This document shows, piece after piece, positions 28,250 through 37,943 of a stretch of DNA of 64,000 nt; positions within the stretch are counted from its first letter, which is position 1, and every line of letters starts with the position of its first letter. The DNA lies in contig JABMQJ010000016.1 of the NCBI GenBank assembly GCA_013203315.1, forward strand, positions 1 to 64,000, written 5' to 3'. The DNA comes from Candidatus Omnitrophota bacterium (GTDB lineage: Bacteria > Omnitrophota > Gorgyraeia > JABMRN01 > RBG-13-46-9). Both the position numbers and the translations under genes were made by a program. The notes below the pieces were generated by a model. The model worked only from the letters and a program-made list of their open reading frames with translations. It did no database searches and was not told the origin of the DNA.

Positions 28250-29860
28250 ATGGCTAAAACAAAATTATGCATTCTCATTATCGCTTGTTTATTTACATTT
28301 CCGGTTCTCTCGGGACATTCCCAGGAAGCAGTGATTATGCCAACGGGCATCGCGGAGCAAGGTATCACGGCGATAGACGAAGGAGCCCCTCATGTTAGCC
28401 CGGGTAATGTTACGGTAAATTTTAAAGAAGCCGACATACGCGCTGTATTGAATTACCTCGCCGAAGTAAGCGGGGTGGATATTGTTCCCGCGCCGGACGT
28501 ATCGGGGCCCGTTACGCTTAAGCTGAGCGACAAGCCGTGGAATGTGGCGCTCGATATTATTGTAAAAAATTACGGGTATGCGTATGAGCGCGAAGGAGGC
28601 ATTATAAGAGTTGTAACGGTGAGTAGCCTCCAACAGGAAGAATTGTCTACGGAGGTTATCATGTTAAACTATAGCGCAGCCGAAGACGCCAAGGCAGCGG
28701 TTACGGATATGCTGACAGCCCGCGGCAAGCTAACGTTTGACAGCAGGACGAATTCCCTTATTGTTACCGACCTTGCTACGAACATTTATAAAATAAAAAA
28801 GGTCATCGAGCGAATAGACAGAAAAACGCCCCAGGTCATGATAGAGGCTAGAATACTTGAGACGCTTTTAGAGGATGATGAGAAGATGGGCATTGACTGG
28901 ACGCTCAAGATCGCGGCTATCGGAGCTAAGAGGCCAACAACGATGCCGTTTGCAAATTGGGGGTATCGAGATATACTTCCCCATGCCTTGGATCGATTTT
29001 ATCCGTTTGGGCAGACTGGACAAAATACGCTGACGGGTGGAATTCTCGCTGGTACATCGGTGTCAACCGATGCAGTTGAATTTCCAAGCGTGTCAACAAT
29101 GGATGGACCCACTTCGTTTCCTTTCGTAGATCCCAGTGCATTTACCTACGGAACGTTGGATTTTTCGCAGTTCCAGGCAGTGCTTGAACTCTTAAAGCAA
29201 AGGCGAAGAACAGAAATTATATCAAATCCGAGAATCACGACGCTAAATAACGAAGAAGCAAAAATTCTCGTGGGCAGGGTTTACAATTTCCCGAAATTCG
29301 ACCAGGCAGAGGAAACAGGCCGTTGGGTCATAAGCGGATATGAGGCAAAGGAACTGGGTATCAAACTTCTGGTGACTCCCCAGGTTAATGAAAACCAGGA
29401 AATAGTCGTTGATCTTAAGCCGGAAATCAGTAACTTCCTGGGCCTTGAAAAGATAAGCGAAGAGCTGAGCGCGCCTCTATGGTCAACCAGGGAGGCCGAT
29501 ACCCATGTCATGGTTAAAGACGGCGATACTATTTTTATAGGCGGGCTTGTAAGGGAAAACAATATCGAAGTGGACAAAAAAGTTCCGCTACTCGGCGATC
29601 TATTTGGCGACATACCGCTGGTGGGAGGCCTTTTCAAGCACAAGGGGGTAAATAACGAAAAAACCGAACTGATTTTCTTTATAACAGTCCATATCGTAAA
29701 AGACATGAAAGAGTTGGCGCAGATAGCTATGAGAGGCGTATCTGCGACAACGATGCCTGCGGATCTTTTAGAGAAAATCACCACGCCAGTAAGTATCGAG
29801 AAAAAGCCAATCTTTGACTTCAGGAAAAAAACCGATGCATCCGTAAAAGGAAAAAAGTAA
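28250..29860 (+). CDS. pilQ: Secretin (PilQ/GspD family)
   Basis: VNFKEADIRAVL, DSRTNSLIVTD, PQVMIEARI, SNPRITTLNN, KVPLLGD, TELIFFIT. Confidence 0.92.
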   Translation: MAKTKLCILIIACLFTFPVLSGHSQEAVIMPTGIAEQGITAIDEGAPHVSPGNVTVNFKEADIRAVLNYLAEVSGVDIVPAPDVSGPVTLKLSDKPWNVALDIIVKNYGYAYEREGGIIRVVTVSSLQQEELSTEVIMLNYSAAEDAKAAVTDMLTARGKLTFDSRTNSLIVTDLATNIYKIKKVIERIDRKTPQVMIEARILETLLEDDEKMGIDWTLKIAAIGAKRPTTMPFANWGYRDILPHALDRFYPFGQTGQNTLTGGILAGTSVSTDAVEFPSVSTMDGPTSFPFVDPSAFTYGTLDFSQFQAVLELLKQRRRTEIISNPRITTLNNEEAKILVGRVYNFPKFDQAEETGRWVISGYEAKELGIKLLVTPQVNENQEIVVDLKPEISNFLGLEKISEELSAPLWSTREADTHVMVKDGDTIFIGGLVRENNIEVDKKVPLLGDLFGDIPLVGGLFKHKGVNNEKTELIFFITVHIVKDMKELAQIAMRGVSATTMPADLLEKITTPVSIEKKPIFDFRKKTDASVKGKK

Positions 29861-29867
29861 GGCCCTG

Positions 29868-31382
29868 ATGAAGCAAATTTTAATTAATGTCGAACCATAT
29901 GAGAAGAGGGTCGCCGTTACCCTGAGGGGCACCCTGGAAGAGTTTCACATTGAAAGAGCCGACCAGGCGCGCCTTGCAGGCAATGTCTATAAAGGCGTTA
30001 TCGAATCCGTAGTGCCGGGCATAGGGGCGCTTTTTGTAAACATAGGAACGGGCAAGAACGGTTTCTTATACATAGACGACCTTGAAGGGAGCAGGTCGCA
30101 GCCGCTCCTGGAAGAGGAGGTGGCTGTCAATAAAAAGGGGAAGATACCTGGTTTTTTTGCGAGAAAAAACCCGCCCCCCAAGCAGAGCGTTTCTCCCGGA
30201 CGCCCCAAAAAGGGCCAGGAGGTTATTGTTCAGGTTGTAAAAGAGCCGATCGGCACAAAGGGCCCGCTCCTTACTACGGATATAAGCCTGCCCGGAAAGT
30301 ATATTGTCTTTATGCCGTTTAATGACACTGTAGGTGTTTCCAAGCGCGTCGAGGACAGGCAGAAGAGGGCAAGGCTGAAAGAGGTTTTGGAAAAATTAGA
30401 CTTGCCTAAAGGTATGGGGTGCATCGCCAGGACGCAGAGCATCGAAGCGAATCCGAGGCAGATCCGGTTAGAATTTAAGTATCTCCTTAGCCTGTGGTCT
30501 CGCATACAGCAACGCGCCGAAAAACAAAGGGCACCTCTGGCGGTCTACGAGGAATACGGCCTTCCTCTTAGAATTATACGCGATTATTTCGACGAGGACA
30601 TAGAGAAAATTTTAGTCGACTCAAGAGAAGAGTATAAAAAGATCGCGCGTTTTGCCGGCTCCATACAGTCTAACTTAAGAAAAAAGATTTTTTATTACAG
30701 GGGAAAAACTCCCCTTTATGAAAAATACGGCATCGAGGAACGCATAGAAAAAATATTTCACAGGAAAATATTTTTAAAAAGCGGAGGGTCTATCGTAATA
30801 GAGCAAACAGAGGGACTCGTCGCCATCGACGTAAATACCGGTAAGTTCACCGGCAAAAGGAATCCTGAGGAAACAGTTTTTAAAACAAATATGGAAGCTA
30901 CCCAGGAAGTCGCAAGACAGGTGATGCTTCGCGACATAGGCGGCATTATAGTTATAGATTTTATTGACATGGCTGACAGGGGGCACAGGAAAGAGGTCAC
31001 GAGGGCGCTTGAGAGCGCGTTCAAAAGAGACAAGGCGAAGATAAATATTTCACCTATTTCATCTATTGGCCTTGTTGAAATGACCCGCCAGAGGATAAGA
31101 AAAAGTTTAGAAAGCGTCTCTTTCAGGGAATGCCCGTATTGTAACGGCATGGGCCGCGTAAAAACACCCGCAACTATTGCAATCGCAGCTATCCGAAAGC
31201 TACGCAGGAAACTCGCCGAAAAATCCCCGAGAGAGGTTTTTATAATAGCGCACCCCGACGTAGCCGATCACCTGGAAGCGGTGTTCAAAAACACGCTTCG
31301 TTTTCTGGAGAGAAGATTCAGAAAACGCATCACGATAAAACGTGATTCAAAAATCCACGTCGAAGATATATATTTTGAGTAA
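29868..31382 (+). CDS. rng: Ribonuclease E/G family
   Basis: GNVYKG, S1 domain, VQVVKEPIGTKG, AIDVNTG, LRDIGGIIVIDFIDM, EMTRQR, CPYCNG. Confidence 0.93.
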   Translation: MKQILINVEPYEKRVAVTLRGTLEEFHIERADQARLAGNVYKGVIESVVPGIGALFVNIGTGKNGFLYIDDLEGSRSQPLLEEEVAVNKKGKIPGFFARKNPPPKQSVSPGRPKKGQEVIVQVVKEPIGTKGPLLTTDISLPGKYIVFMPFNDTVGVSKRVEDRQKRARLKEVLEKLDLPKGMGCIARTQSIEANPRQIRLEFKYLLSLWSRIQQRAEKQRAPLAVYEEYGLPLRIIRDYFDEDIEKILVDSREEYKKIARFAGSIQSNLRKKIFYYRGKTPLYEKYGIEERIEKIFHRKIFLKSGGSIVIEQTEGLVAIDVNTGKFTGKRNPEETVFKTNMEATQEVARQVMLRDIGGIIVIDFIDMADRGHRKEVTRALESAFKRDKAKINISPISSIGLVEMTRQRIRKSLESVSFRECPYCNGMGRVKTPATIAIAAIRKLRRKLAEKSPREVFIIAHPDVADHLEAVFKNTLRFLERRFRKRITIKRDSKIHVEDIYFE

Positions 31383-31402
31383 AACAAGAATGGGTAACCC
31401 GC

Positions 31403-31825
31403 ATGCAATGGAGCAAACGACCGAATAATAACGGCACCACCCTAGTTGAAATACTCTTTTCGGCCGCAATTCTTGCCATGGTCGTATCGGGTGTACTTTT
31501 TATATTTGCCCAAACGCTTGACATGTCAAAAAGAATCGATTATGAATATACAGCGACAAATCTTGCCAAGGCGAGAATGGAAAGGGCAAGAGCCGTTATA
31601 GAATCAAGTGGGTTCGATTCCCTGGGCGATTTAAACGAAACCGATACAATGGTAGATGAAACCGGCGGCGGGAACCTAAGCGGCGACTTTAAACGCTCGA
31701 CAACGGTAACCGTACTTGATGCAAACCGCACGCAATTTGAAGTCGTAGTCATATATAAATATAGGGGTAACTGGAAGAATGATGCTTCCGTAACGCTTAC
31801 TACAATTTTTTCGACAATACAGTAA
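31403..31825 (+). CDS. Minor pilin (PilV/GspI-like)
   Basis: Prepilin motif NG|TTLVEILFSAAILAMV with E5. Confidence 0.75.
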   Translation: MQWSKRPNNNGTTLVEILFSAAILAMVVSGVLFIFAQTLDMSKRIDYEYTATNLAKARMERARAVIESSGFDSLGDLNETDTMVDETGGGNLSGDFKRSTTVTVLDANRTQFEVVVIYKYRGNWKNDASVTLTTIFSTIQ

Positions 31826-31829
31826 TAGT

Positions 31830-33989
31830 ATGAAAAGAAAAAAGCATTATAAAAGCGGCGTGACGCTGATCGAGCTTATGATGTCGGTTCTCCTGGGCAC
31901 CATTTTGCTAGGCATTGTCTTAGGCGCATGGTATTTTACCTATAGAAACTGGGCGCTTGATAGAATAAGGACAAAGAACAGGGTTGAGCTTCAAATCGCC
32001 GTGGAACGGATCAAGAGCGAGCTCAGGCTTTCAAGCACTACATACCTAAGCCTTCACCCCGCAGGTGAAACCGAATACACTGCCATAAGTTTTCCGATGG
32101 CAGATTCTGACGCGAACGGCTTTTTTAGCTTAGACGGCGATGGGCACATCGACTGGGATAAGAGCGTCATATACCACGTTTATGATAATTCGTCGACAGG
32201 ATTCACGGAGCTTAGGAAAACAGAGTTTACCAGCAACCACGACGTATTAGTTGTCGATGCCCAAAGAGAGACACAGCTTGCCAATGCCGTGGCAAACGGA
32301 GACGGTTCGAGTGGACCCAACTCAGCTAATGCAACTACTGAAACTATAGTCGAAAAACTCACAAGTTTTATCATAAACCCGCAGGCGCAGGAATTTGACG
32401 GGTACAGCCCTACTGCCAAAAAAAGCGACAACGTGACGTTCGGTAGCGTCAGGCTTACATCGGGAAATCATGATTTCAGGTTCGAGGTAACCGGGAAAAA
32501 TACCAATAATACCGATCCGTCGGGATATAAATTTGGCATAGACACGCTTTCTATTTCACCGAGTGGCTGCAAGCAGGAAATGGAGGTTTACACGCCTCAA
32601 GCATCAAGTGGGGATACTAGCGCAAAGATCGGCCCCAATTTACTCTGGAGCGGAAATAATTTTCAGCGATACAGTGCTGACGCAGTCGGCGACTATGCCA
32701 CCTTTAGGCTATATTACGACAGCTGGCTTGAATCCAATTTTGATAATTCTGTAAGAGAGAATACGATTTTGACAGGTGACGATCTATCCGTGCAATTACC
32801 GGATCTCGATTCGGGAGAAGAAGTTACGTGGACCGCAGATGTTGAAGCGGGTAGTGTAAACGGCGATGCGGTAAAAGCGGATTTTCCTTTGACACTCGCC
32901 GGAATAACTATAAGAAATGTTATTTCCTCCGTCAACATCGATTCAGGCGGAAATGCATTTAGAGTCCAGTTTGACTCGCATTCTACTTCTCCCCTGACAA
33001 TTGATGCCGCTTATATTGACGAAAGGGATTCCGGCGAAAATTGCGTGAATCCTCCGGTAACCACAACCCCCGGTGAAACAAGGATACAACTTTATTTTAC
33101 CGACGCTTTGGATAATATTCTGCCGGGAATAACAATTCCCGCCGGTGAGAGCGCATATTCGAATTGGGCAATTTTTCCGATTGATTCTTCAAAAAATTAC
33201 TTTGTGACCTTCTCTGTATCAGGGGCCTCATTTGCAAGCCACTGGGCCGGGACCGAGCCAACTGAAACAAATTCATATTTGATGGGTGGCGATTATGCTG
33301 CACAGGCTGTGTGGTCTGATGTGACCCATTATCTCGTACATGAGTCTTTACCTCCCTTCGCCGACGAAAGGTACACTTCATCCGCGAATATTTACGCGCA
33401 GGCTTCGCTTGAGGTTTGGTCACAAAGCGGTAGTGTTACAACGCAGATTTATGATACAAAAATAGCGAACCCAGTTTATAGGCCAATGAATTATTCGAGC
33501 TTTGGATCTGTTTCGGTCTACGGTCGTTCAAGTGATGATTCCCTTATGAGCGGGGCATCGGCGTGGACTGCCGGATCTGTGACCGGCACAGGAAGATATG
33601 CGCAGGCCAAAGCAGATCTTTCTGTAATACCGTATTGGACATGCATCGATCATTCGGCGGCTATAAATGTCCCAGATTCAAGCTATAAAAATTCCGGCAT
33701 GATAACCTGCTCAGGGGCGGGATGTGGAAAGTTTCTTATTCCGACTCAGGGCGTTAATGCGCCCTGGGTCGATAATATTTTAGTCACCTGGCCGGGAGAG
33801 ACAACGATGTGCGACATAAGCGGTTATTTTGCGCAAGATTCAGACTACGGAATTATAAAACTTCTTGTAGATGGAAATGAGCTGATAAAGGGTATGGAGT
33901 TTAATGTAACGGTTTACGAAGATTTTCAAGGTGCGGTCTATACAACAAGCCAACAAACTGAGGTCGAACCGAGGAATACCGGAAAATGA
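31830..33989 (+). CDS. Large minor pilin (PilW/GspJ-like) with inserted beta-rich domains
   Basis: KSG|VTLIELMMSVLL with E5; ends in TEVEPRN; 719 aa. Confidence 0.75.
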   Translation: MKRKKHYKSGVTLIELMMSVLLGTILLGIVLGAWYFTYRNWALDRIRTKNRVELQIAVERIKSELRLSSTTYLSLHPAGETEYTAISFPMADSDANGFFSLDGDGHIDWDKSVIYHVYDNSSTGFTELRKTEFTSNHDVLVVDAQRETQLANAVANGDGSSGPNSANATTETIVEKLTSFIINPQAQEFDGYSPTAKKSDNVTFGSVRLTSGNHDFRFEVTGKNTNNTDPSGYKFGIDTLSISPSGCKQEMEVYTPQASSGDTSAKIGPNLLWSGNNFQRYSADAVGDYATFRLYYDSWLESNFDNSVRENTILTGDDLSVQLPDLDSGEEVTWTADVEAGSVNGDAVKADFPLTLAGITIRNVISSVNIDSGGNAFRVQFDSHSTSPLTIDAAYIDERDSGENCVNPPVTTTPGETRIQLYFTDALDNILPGITIPAGESAYSNWAIFPIDSSKNYFVTFSVSGASFASHWAGTEPTETNSYLMGGDYAAQAVWSDVTHYLVHESLPPFADERYTSSANIYAQASLEVWSQSGSVTTQIYDTKIANPVYRPMNYSSFGSVSVYGRSSDDSLMSGASAWTAGSVTGTGRYAQAKADLSVIPYWTCIDHSAAINVPDSSYKNSGMITCSGAGCGKFLIPTQGVNAPWVDNILVTWPGETTMCDISGYFAQDSDYGIIKLLVDGNELIKGMEFNVTVYEDFQGAVYTTSQQTEVEPRNTGK

Positions 33990-35146
33990 TTAAAAATAAA
34001 AAAGGCGCAATATTCATAACCGTTATGGTTATTTCCATGCTTATGATTTTGGTGGGTGTAAGCGCCTCAAACATGTTAATGCAGGATGTCCACATGGTCA
34101 AGTACTTGAAAAAATCCACGACGGCGCAGTATATTGCCGAAGCGGGTATAAACGACGGCCTGGCGACACTAGTGCAAAACGGTTTTGCGGCCAAGGATAC
34201 GGATTTTCCTTTAATTGATAATACTTTTGGCGGGGGAGGCTATAATGTTACTGTGAGCGAAGTAGGCGGCAGGGTGCTTCTAACATCGGTCGGCACTTTT
34301 GAGAGTATTTCGCGAACAGTTGCGGCGGAAGTAAAGGATAATACTGCTACGGCACTTTTGTATATGATGGCATCCGGCACTGACTTAAGACTCAGGGCAT
34401 TTTTTCTGGGTCTTGCGGATATCAATGGTGATCTTCATGCAAATAACGATTTGAGGTTAAAAGCACAGGCGCTTGCGCTTATTGACATAGACCCTTGTGG
34501 CGCCACATGTTGCGATGGAAACATCTCGGCCTGTAACAGGATTTTCCAAGCAACCGGATTTTTAGGTTTTATAAATGTTGCAGGAAGCACAACCGAAGGC
34601 ATTACCGTTGCGCCGGTATCGTTTCCCCAGTTTGACTACGCCTATTATGTAGTCCAAGCAGTAGCCAGCGGTGATTACTATAATGGAGATACCGACTTCG
34701 GTTCAGTTGGCACTACGACCGACCTCACCCCAGGAAACGGTATAGTATACGTTAACGGTACCGCCAATTTATTTGGAACTGTAAATCTAAACGGAGGGAT
34801 CGTTGCGGATAAGATCAATGTCCGCGGCCGGTTAAACCAGATAAAAACAGGTAGTAAAAATGTTATTATCGCAAAAGGAAGCGATACCGGAGGCACCGAA
34901 GGCGACATAAGCATATTTTTTCGGTTGGATGTCGAAGAGGCCGTTGTTTTTGCTGCGCGCGACTTCAAGGTAGTCGCGGCTTTTTCGACTGTTGTAGTTA
35001 CGGGTTCTCTTTTGGGCAGGAGAAACATAAGAATCTGGGATTTGCTAAGCAGTATCACCTATAACCACAAACTTTTAAGTCCTACCGGAATACTTGGCCC
35101 AAATGGCGAAACCGAGCCATTCACAGTAGTTAGCTGGAATAAGTAA
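33986..35146 (+). CDS. Minor pilin (PilX/GspK-like)
   Basis: KKG|AIFITVM lacking E5, AQYIAEAGIN, beta-helix-like C-terminus ending in SWNK. Confidence 0.78.
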   Translation: MIKNKKGAIFITVMVISMLMILVGVSASNMLMQDVHMVKYLKKSTTAQYIAEAGINDGLATLVQNGFAAKDTDFPLIDNTFGGGGYNVTVSEVGGRVLLTSVGTFESISRTVAAEVKDNTATALLYMMASGTDLRLRAFFLGLADINGDLHANNDLRLKAQALALIDIDPCGATCCDGNISACNRIFQATGFLGFINVAGSTTEGITVAPVSFPQFDYAYYVVQAVASGDYYNGDTDFGSVGTTTDLTPGNGIVYVNGTANLFGTVNLNGGIVADKINVRGRLNQIKTGSKNVIIAKGSDTGGTEGDISIFFRLDVEEAVVFAARDFKVVAAFSTVVVTGSLLGRRNIRIWDLLSSITYNHKLLSPTGILGPNGETEPFTVVSWNK

Positions 35147-35169
35147 GGGGACGTCTCACTTTGACCTAT

Positions 35170-35188
35170 CCTTTTGCCGCGCAAAGGG
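35170..35188 (+). terminator. Possible weak hairpin after the minor pilin operon
   Basis: ccttttgc-cgc-gcaaaggg stem; poor U-tract. Confidence 0.3.
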
Positions 35189-35225
35189 TTATGACGCCTA
35201 CCGGTACATTTTACAAAAATTCTGC

Positions 35226-35253
35226 TTGACAAATTGAAAAGTTATGCTAAATT
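35226..35253 (+). promoter_or_regulatory. Promoter for rplU-rpmA-obgE
   Basis: TTGACA (35226-35231), 16 bp spacer, TG-n-TAAATT (35248-35253). Confidence 0.6.
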
Positions 35254-35307
35254 AAGTAACCTTATAGCTGTATTACTAATATATTAACAAATAATTAGGA
35301 GATAACG

Positions 35308-35619
35308 ATGTACGCAATAGTAGAACTCGGAGGCAGGCAATATAGGGTAGAGAAGAATAGCGAACTTCTTGTAAACAGGATGCCCGGCAAGCCATCCAGC
35401 GTAGTAAAATTTAAACACATACTGTTTGCGAAAGAAAAAAATGCCTATCATTCGGGGACTCCGTATTTAAAGGATGCCTATGTAACGTGTGAAATTTTAT
35501 CGCATCCGCGGGCAAAAAAAGTAATAGCGTTTAAATATAAAAGGCGCAAAAGTCAAAAGAGGATAAAGGGCCACAGACAGGACCTGACGAAACTCAAGGT
35601 TAAGGAAATAAAGATATAG
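35308..35619 (+). CDS. rplU: 50S ribosomal protein bL21
   Basis: MYAIVELGGRQYRV, FKYKRRK...KGHRQ. Confidence 0.97.
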   Translation: MYAIVELGGRQYRVEKNSELLVNRMPGKPSSVVKFKHILFAKEKNAYHSGTPYLKDAYVTCEILSHPRAKKVIAFKYKRRKSQKRIKGHRQDLTKLKVKEIKI

Positions 35620-35628
35620 GAGTTTAGT

Positions 35629-35868
35629 ATGGCACATAAAAAGGGATTAGGAAGCTCTAGGAACGGTAGAGACTCTAACTCGCAACGCCTTGGCGTAAAG
35701 CGATACGGCGGACAGTTTGTCCTGGCTGGCAATATTATTATAAGGCAGCGCGGGACACCTTTTAAGGCCGGTCTGAACGTCGGCCTGGGCAGGGATGATA
35801 CACTTTTTGCCAAGGCAGACGGCATTGTTACTTTTTCCTCGCGCGTAGTAAGCGTCTTACCGAAATGA
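35629..35868 (+). CDS. rpmA: 50S ribosomal protein bL27
   Basis: [24 protein letters not shown]. Confidence 0.98.
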   Translation: MAHKKGLGSSRNGRDSNSQRLGVKRYGGQFVLAGNIIIRQRGTPFKAGLNVGLGRDDTLFAKADGIVTFSSRVVSVLPK

Positions 35869-35869
35869 A

Positions 35870-36832
35870 ATGCTTATTGATCAGGCCAAAATTCATGTCA
35901 AAGCCGGTGATGGCGGTAACGGTTGCACGAGTTTTTATCGAGATAAATTCGTGCGCAAGGGTAAGCCTAACGGCGGAGACGGCGGAGCCGGCGGCAATCT
36001 AATCTTTAAGGTGGATAAAAATATCCGCACCCTCCTCGATTTTCAATACAACAGACACTTCAAAGCAGCGCGTGGCAGACATGGCGGTTCCAATAATAAA
36101 ACCGGAAGAAGCGGTGAAGACCGCTATGTAAAAGTTCCTCCCGGAACAATACTTAAAGACGTGGCTACGGACCTCCTCTTAAGAGACTTAACGCATGACG
36201 GCGAAGAAGTTATTGTGGCCGTAGGCGGAAGCGGGGGAAAAGGGAATACAAAAAAAAGAGATGCTACTTCCGGAGAAAAAGGCGAGGCCAAGGAACTCGC
36301 GCTAGAATTAAAGCTCATCGCCGATATCGGTATTATCGGTTATCCCAACGTTGGTAAATCCACCCTCATCTCGCGCGTCTCAAGCGCGAAATCGAAAATC
36401 GCATGTTATCCTTTTACAACTAAAGCACCCATACTCGGCATCGTGAAAATGTATGATGGCGACCTGGCGTTTGCTGACATGCCGGGACTCATCGAAGGCG
36501 CGCACAAGGGGCGCGGGCTTGGTGATGAATTCTTAAGACACATAGAGCGAACTAGAATTTTAGTGCACATGGTCGACATTGCCCAGGTTGAGACAAGGAA
36601 CGCATACGACGACTACGTTTCCATAAATAACGAACTATCGCTCTATGGCAGGCACTTAAGCGCGAAGCTGCAAGTCATAGCCTGCAACAAGATGGACCTC
36701 CAAGATGCAAAGAAAAATCTTGACGCCTTTCGAAAGAAAATAGATAAAAAAGTGTTTCCTATTTCTGCGGTAACGGGTGTTGGGGTTAAAGAATTGTTGG
36801 ATGAGATTTGGAACCTGGCGAAGAACGGCTAA
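35870..36832 (+). CDS. obgE: GTPase Obg/CgtA
   Basis: Gly-rich Obg fold, GYPNVGKST, YPFTT, DMPGLIEGA, NKMD. Confidence 0.96.
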   Translation: MLIDQAKIHVKAGDGGNGCTSFYRDKFVRKGKPNGGDGGAGGNLIFKVDKNIRTLLDFQYNRHFKAARGRHGGSNNKTGRSGEDRYVKVPPGTILKDVATDLLLRDLTHDGEEVIVAVGGSGGKGNTKKRDATSGEKGEAKELALELKLIADIGIIGYPNVGKSTLISRVSSAKSKIACYPFTTKAPILGIVKMYDGDLAFADMPGLIEGAHKGRGLGDEFLRHIERTRILVHMVDIAQVETRNAYDDYVSINNELSLYGRHLSAKLQVIACNKMDLQDAKKNLDAFRKKIDKKVFPISAVTGVGVKELLDEIWNLAKNG

Positions 36833-36842
36833 TGAGGTAAAA

Positions 36843-37940
36843 ATGAAATACAAAAAAATTGTTATCAAAATAGGCACAAGTGTCCTGGCTAAAAAAACCG
36901 GCCAGATCGACAAAAATATTATCGATAGTATTGCTTCCGGGGTATCGTCACTTTTAGATAAAGGCATAAAAGTTATACTCGTAAGCTCAGGCGCGATAGG
37001 CGCGGGAACGGGCGTTCTTAAATTAAAACAAGTTCCGACGTCTTTATCCGATTTGCAGGCTATAGCCTCAGTAGGGCAGAATGAGCTCATGCGTCTTTAT
37101 AGCGAAGCCTTCAAAAAACGAAAACACTTAATAGGACAGATTCTCCTGACGCAGGATGATTTTAACAACAGGCGCCGGTACCTCAATATCAAGTATACCA
37201 TTGACACTTTAGCTTCAAAGAAAATTATCCCGATAGTTAATGAAAACGATACCGTTTCGACGGAGGAGATCAAGTGCGGGGATAATGACCGCCTCGCAAG
37301 CCTCGTGGCTGATCTTTGTGAGGCGGATTGCCTGGTTATGCTCACGAATGTCGACGGACTTTACGACAAGGAAGGATCGGTTATAACCATTGTAGATGAA
37401 ATATCGGATGACATAAAGAAACTCGCCGTAAATAAGTGCTTATCTTTTACAAAAGGCGGTATGGCAACTAAAATCGAAGCGGCCGGGAGGGCTATCCATT
37501 CAGGAATCGATTGTTTTATCGCAAACGGCAAATTCGCAGATAGCGTAGCCGACATTTTGGAAAACAAGAAAAAATGTACATATTTCATGGCAAAAACAAA
37601 AAAAAATAAGGCAAAGAAGCGATGGATAGCCTATTCCTCAAAGATTAAGGGGAAAATAATTGTCGATGACGGGGCGAAAAAAGCCCTCGTAGCAAGCCAC
37701 AAGAGCCTTCTCTCTTCCGGTGTCATCGGAAAAGAAGGTAGTTTTAAGGCCGGAGATGTTGTCGCAATAGCGGACTCGAAAAAACAGGAATTCGCCAGGG
37801 GTCTTACAAGTTACGCGTCGAAGGAGATAGAGAGGATCAAGGGCCTGAAGACAAGCCAGATAAAATCGGCCCTGGGCTATAAAGATCACGACGAGGTTGT
37901 TCACCGGGATAACCTCGTTATTTTATCGATAACGGAGTAG
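36843..37940 (+). CDS. proB: Glutamate 5-kinase
   Basis: VIKIGTS, VSSGAIGAG, NENDTV, GDND, GGMATK, PUA domain; ATG at 36843 with RBS gaggt. Confidence 0.95.
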   Translation: MKYKKIVIKIGTSVLAKKTGQIDKNIIDSIASGVSSLLDKGIKVILVSSGAIGAGTGVLKLKQVPTSLSDLQAIASVGQNELMRLYSEAFKKRKHLIGQILLTQDDFNNRRRYLNIKYTIDTLASKKIIPIVNENDTVSTEEIKCGDNDRLASLVADLCEADCLVMLTNVDGLYDKEGSVITIVDEISDDIKKLAVNKCLSFTKGGMATKIEAAGRAIHSGIDCFIANGKFADSVADILENKKKCTYFMAKTKKNKAKKRWIAYSSKIKGKIIVDDGAKKALVASHKSLLSSGVIGKEGSFKAGDVVAIADSKKQEFARGLTSYASKEIERIKGLKTSQIKSALGYKDHDEVVHRDNLVILSITE

Positions 37941-37943
37941 GGA

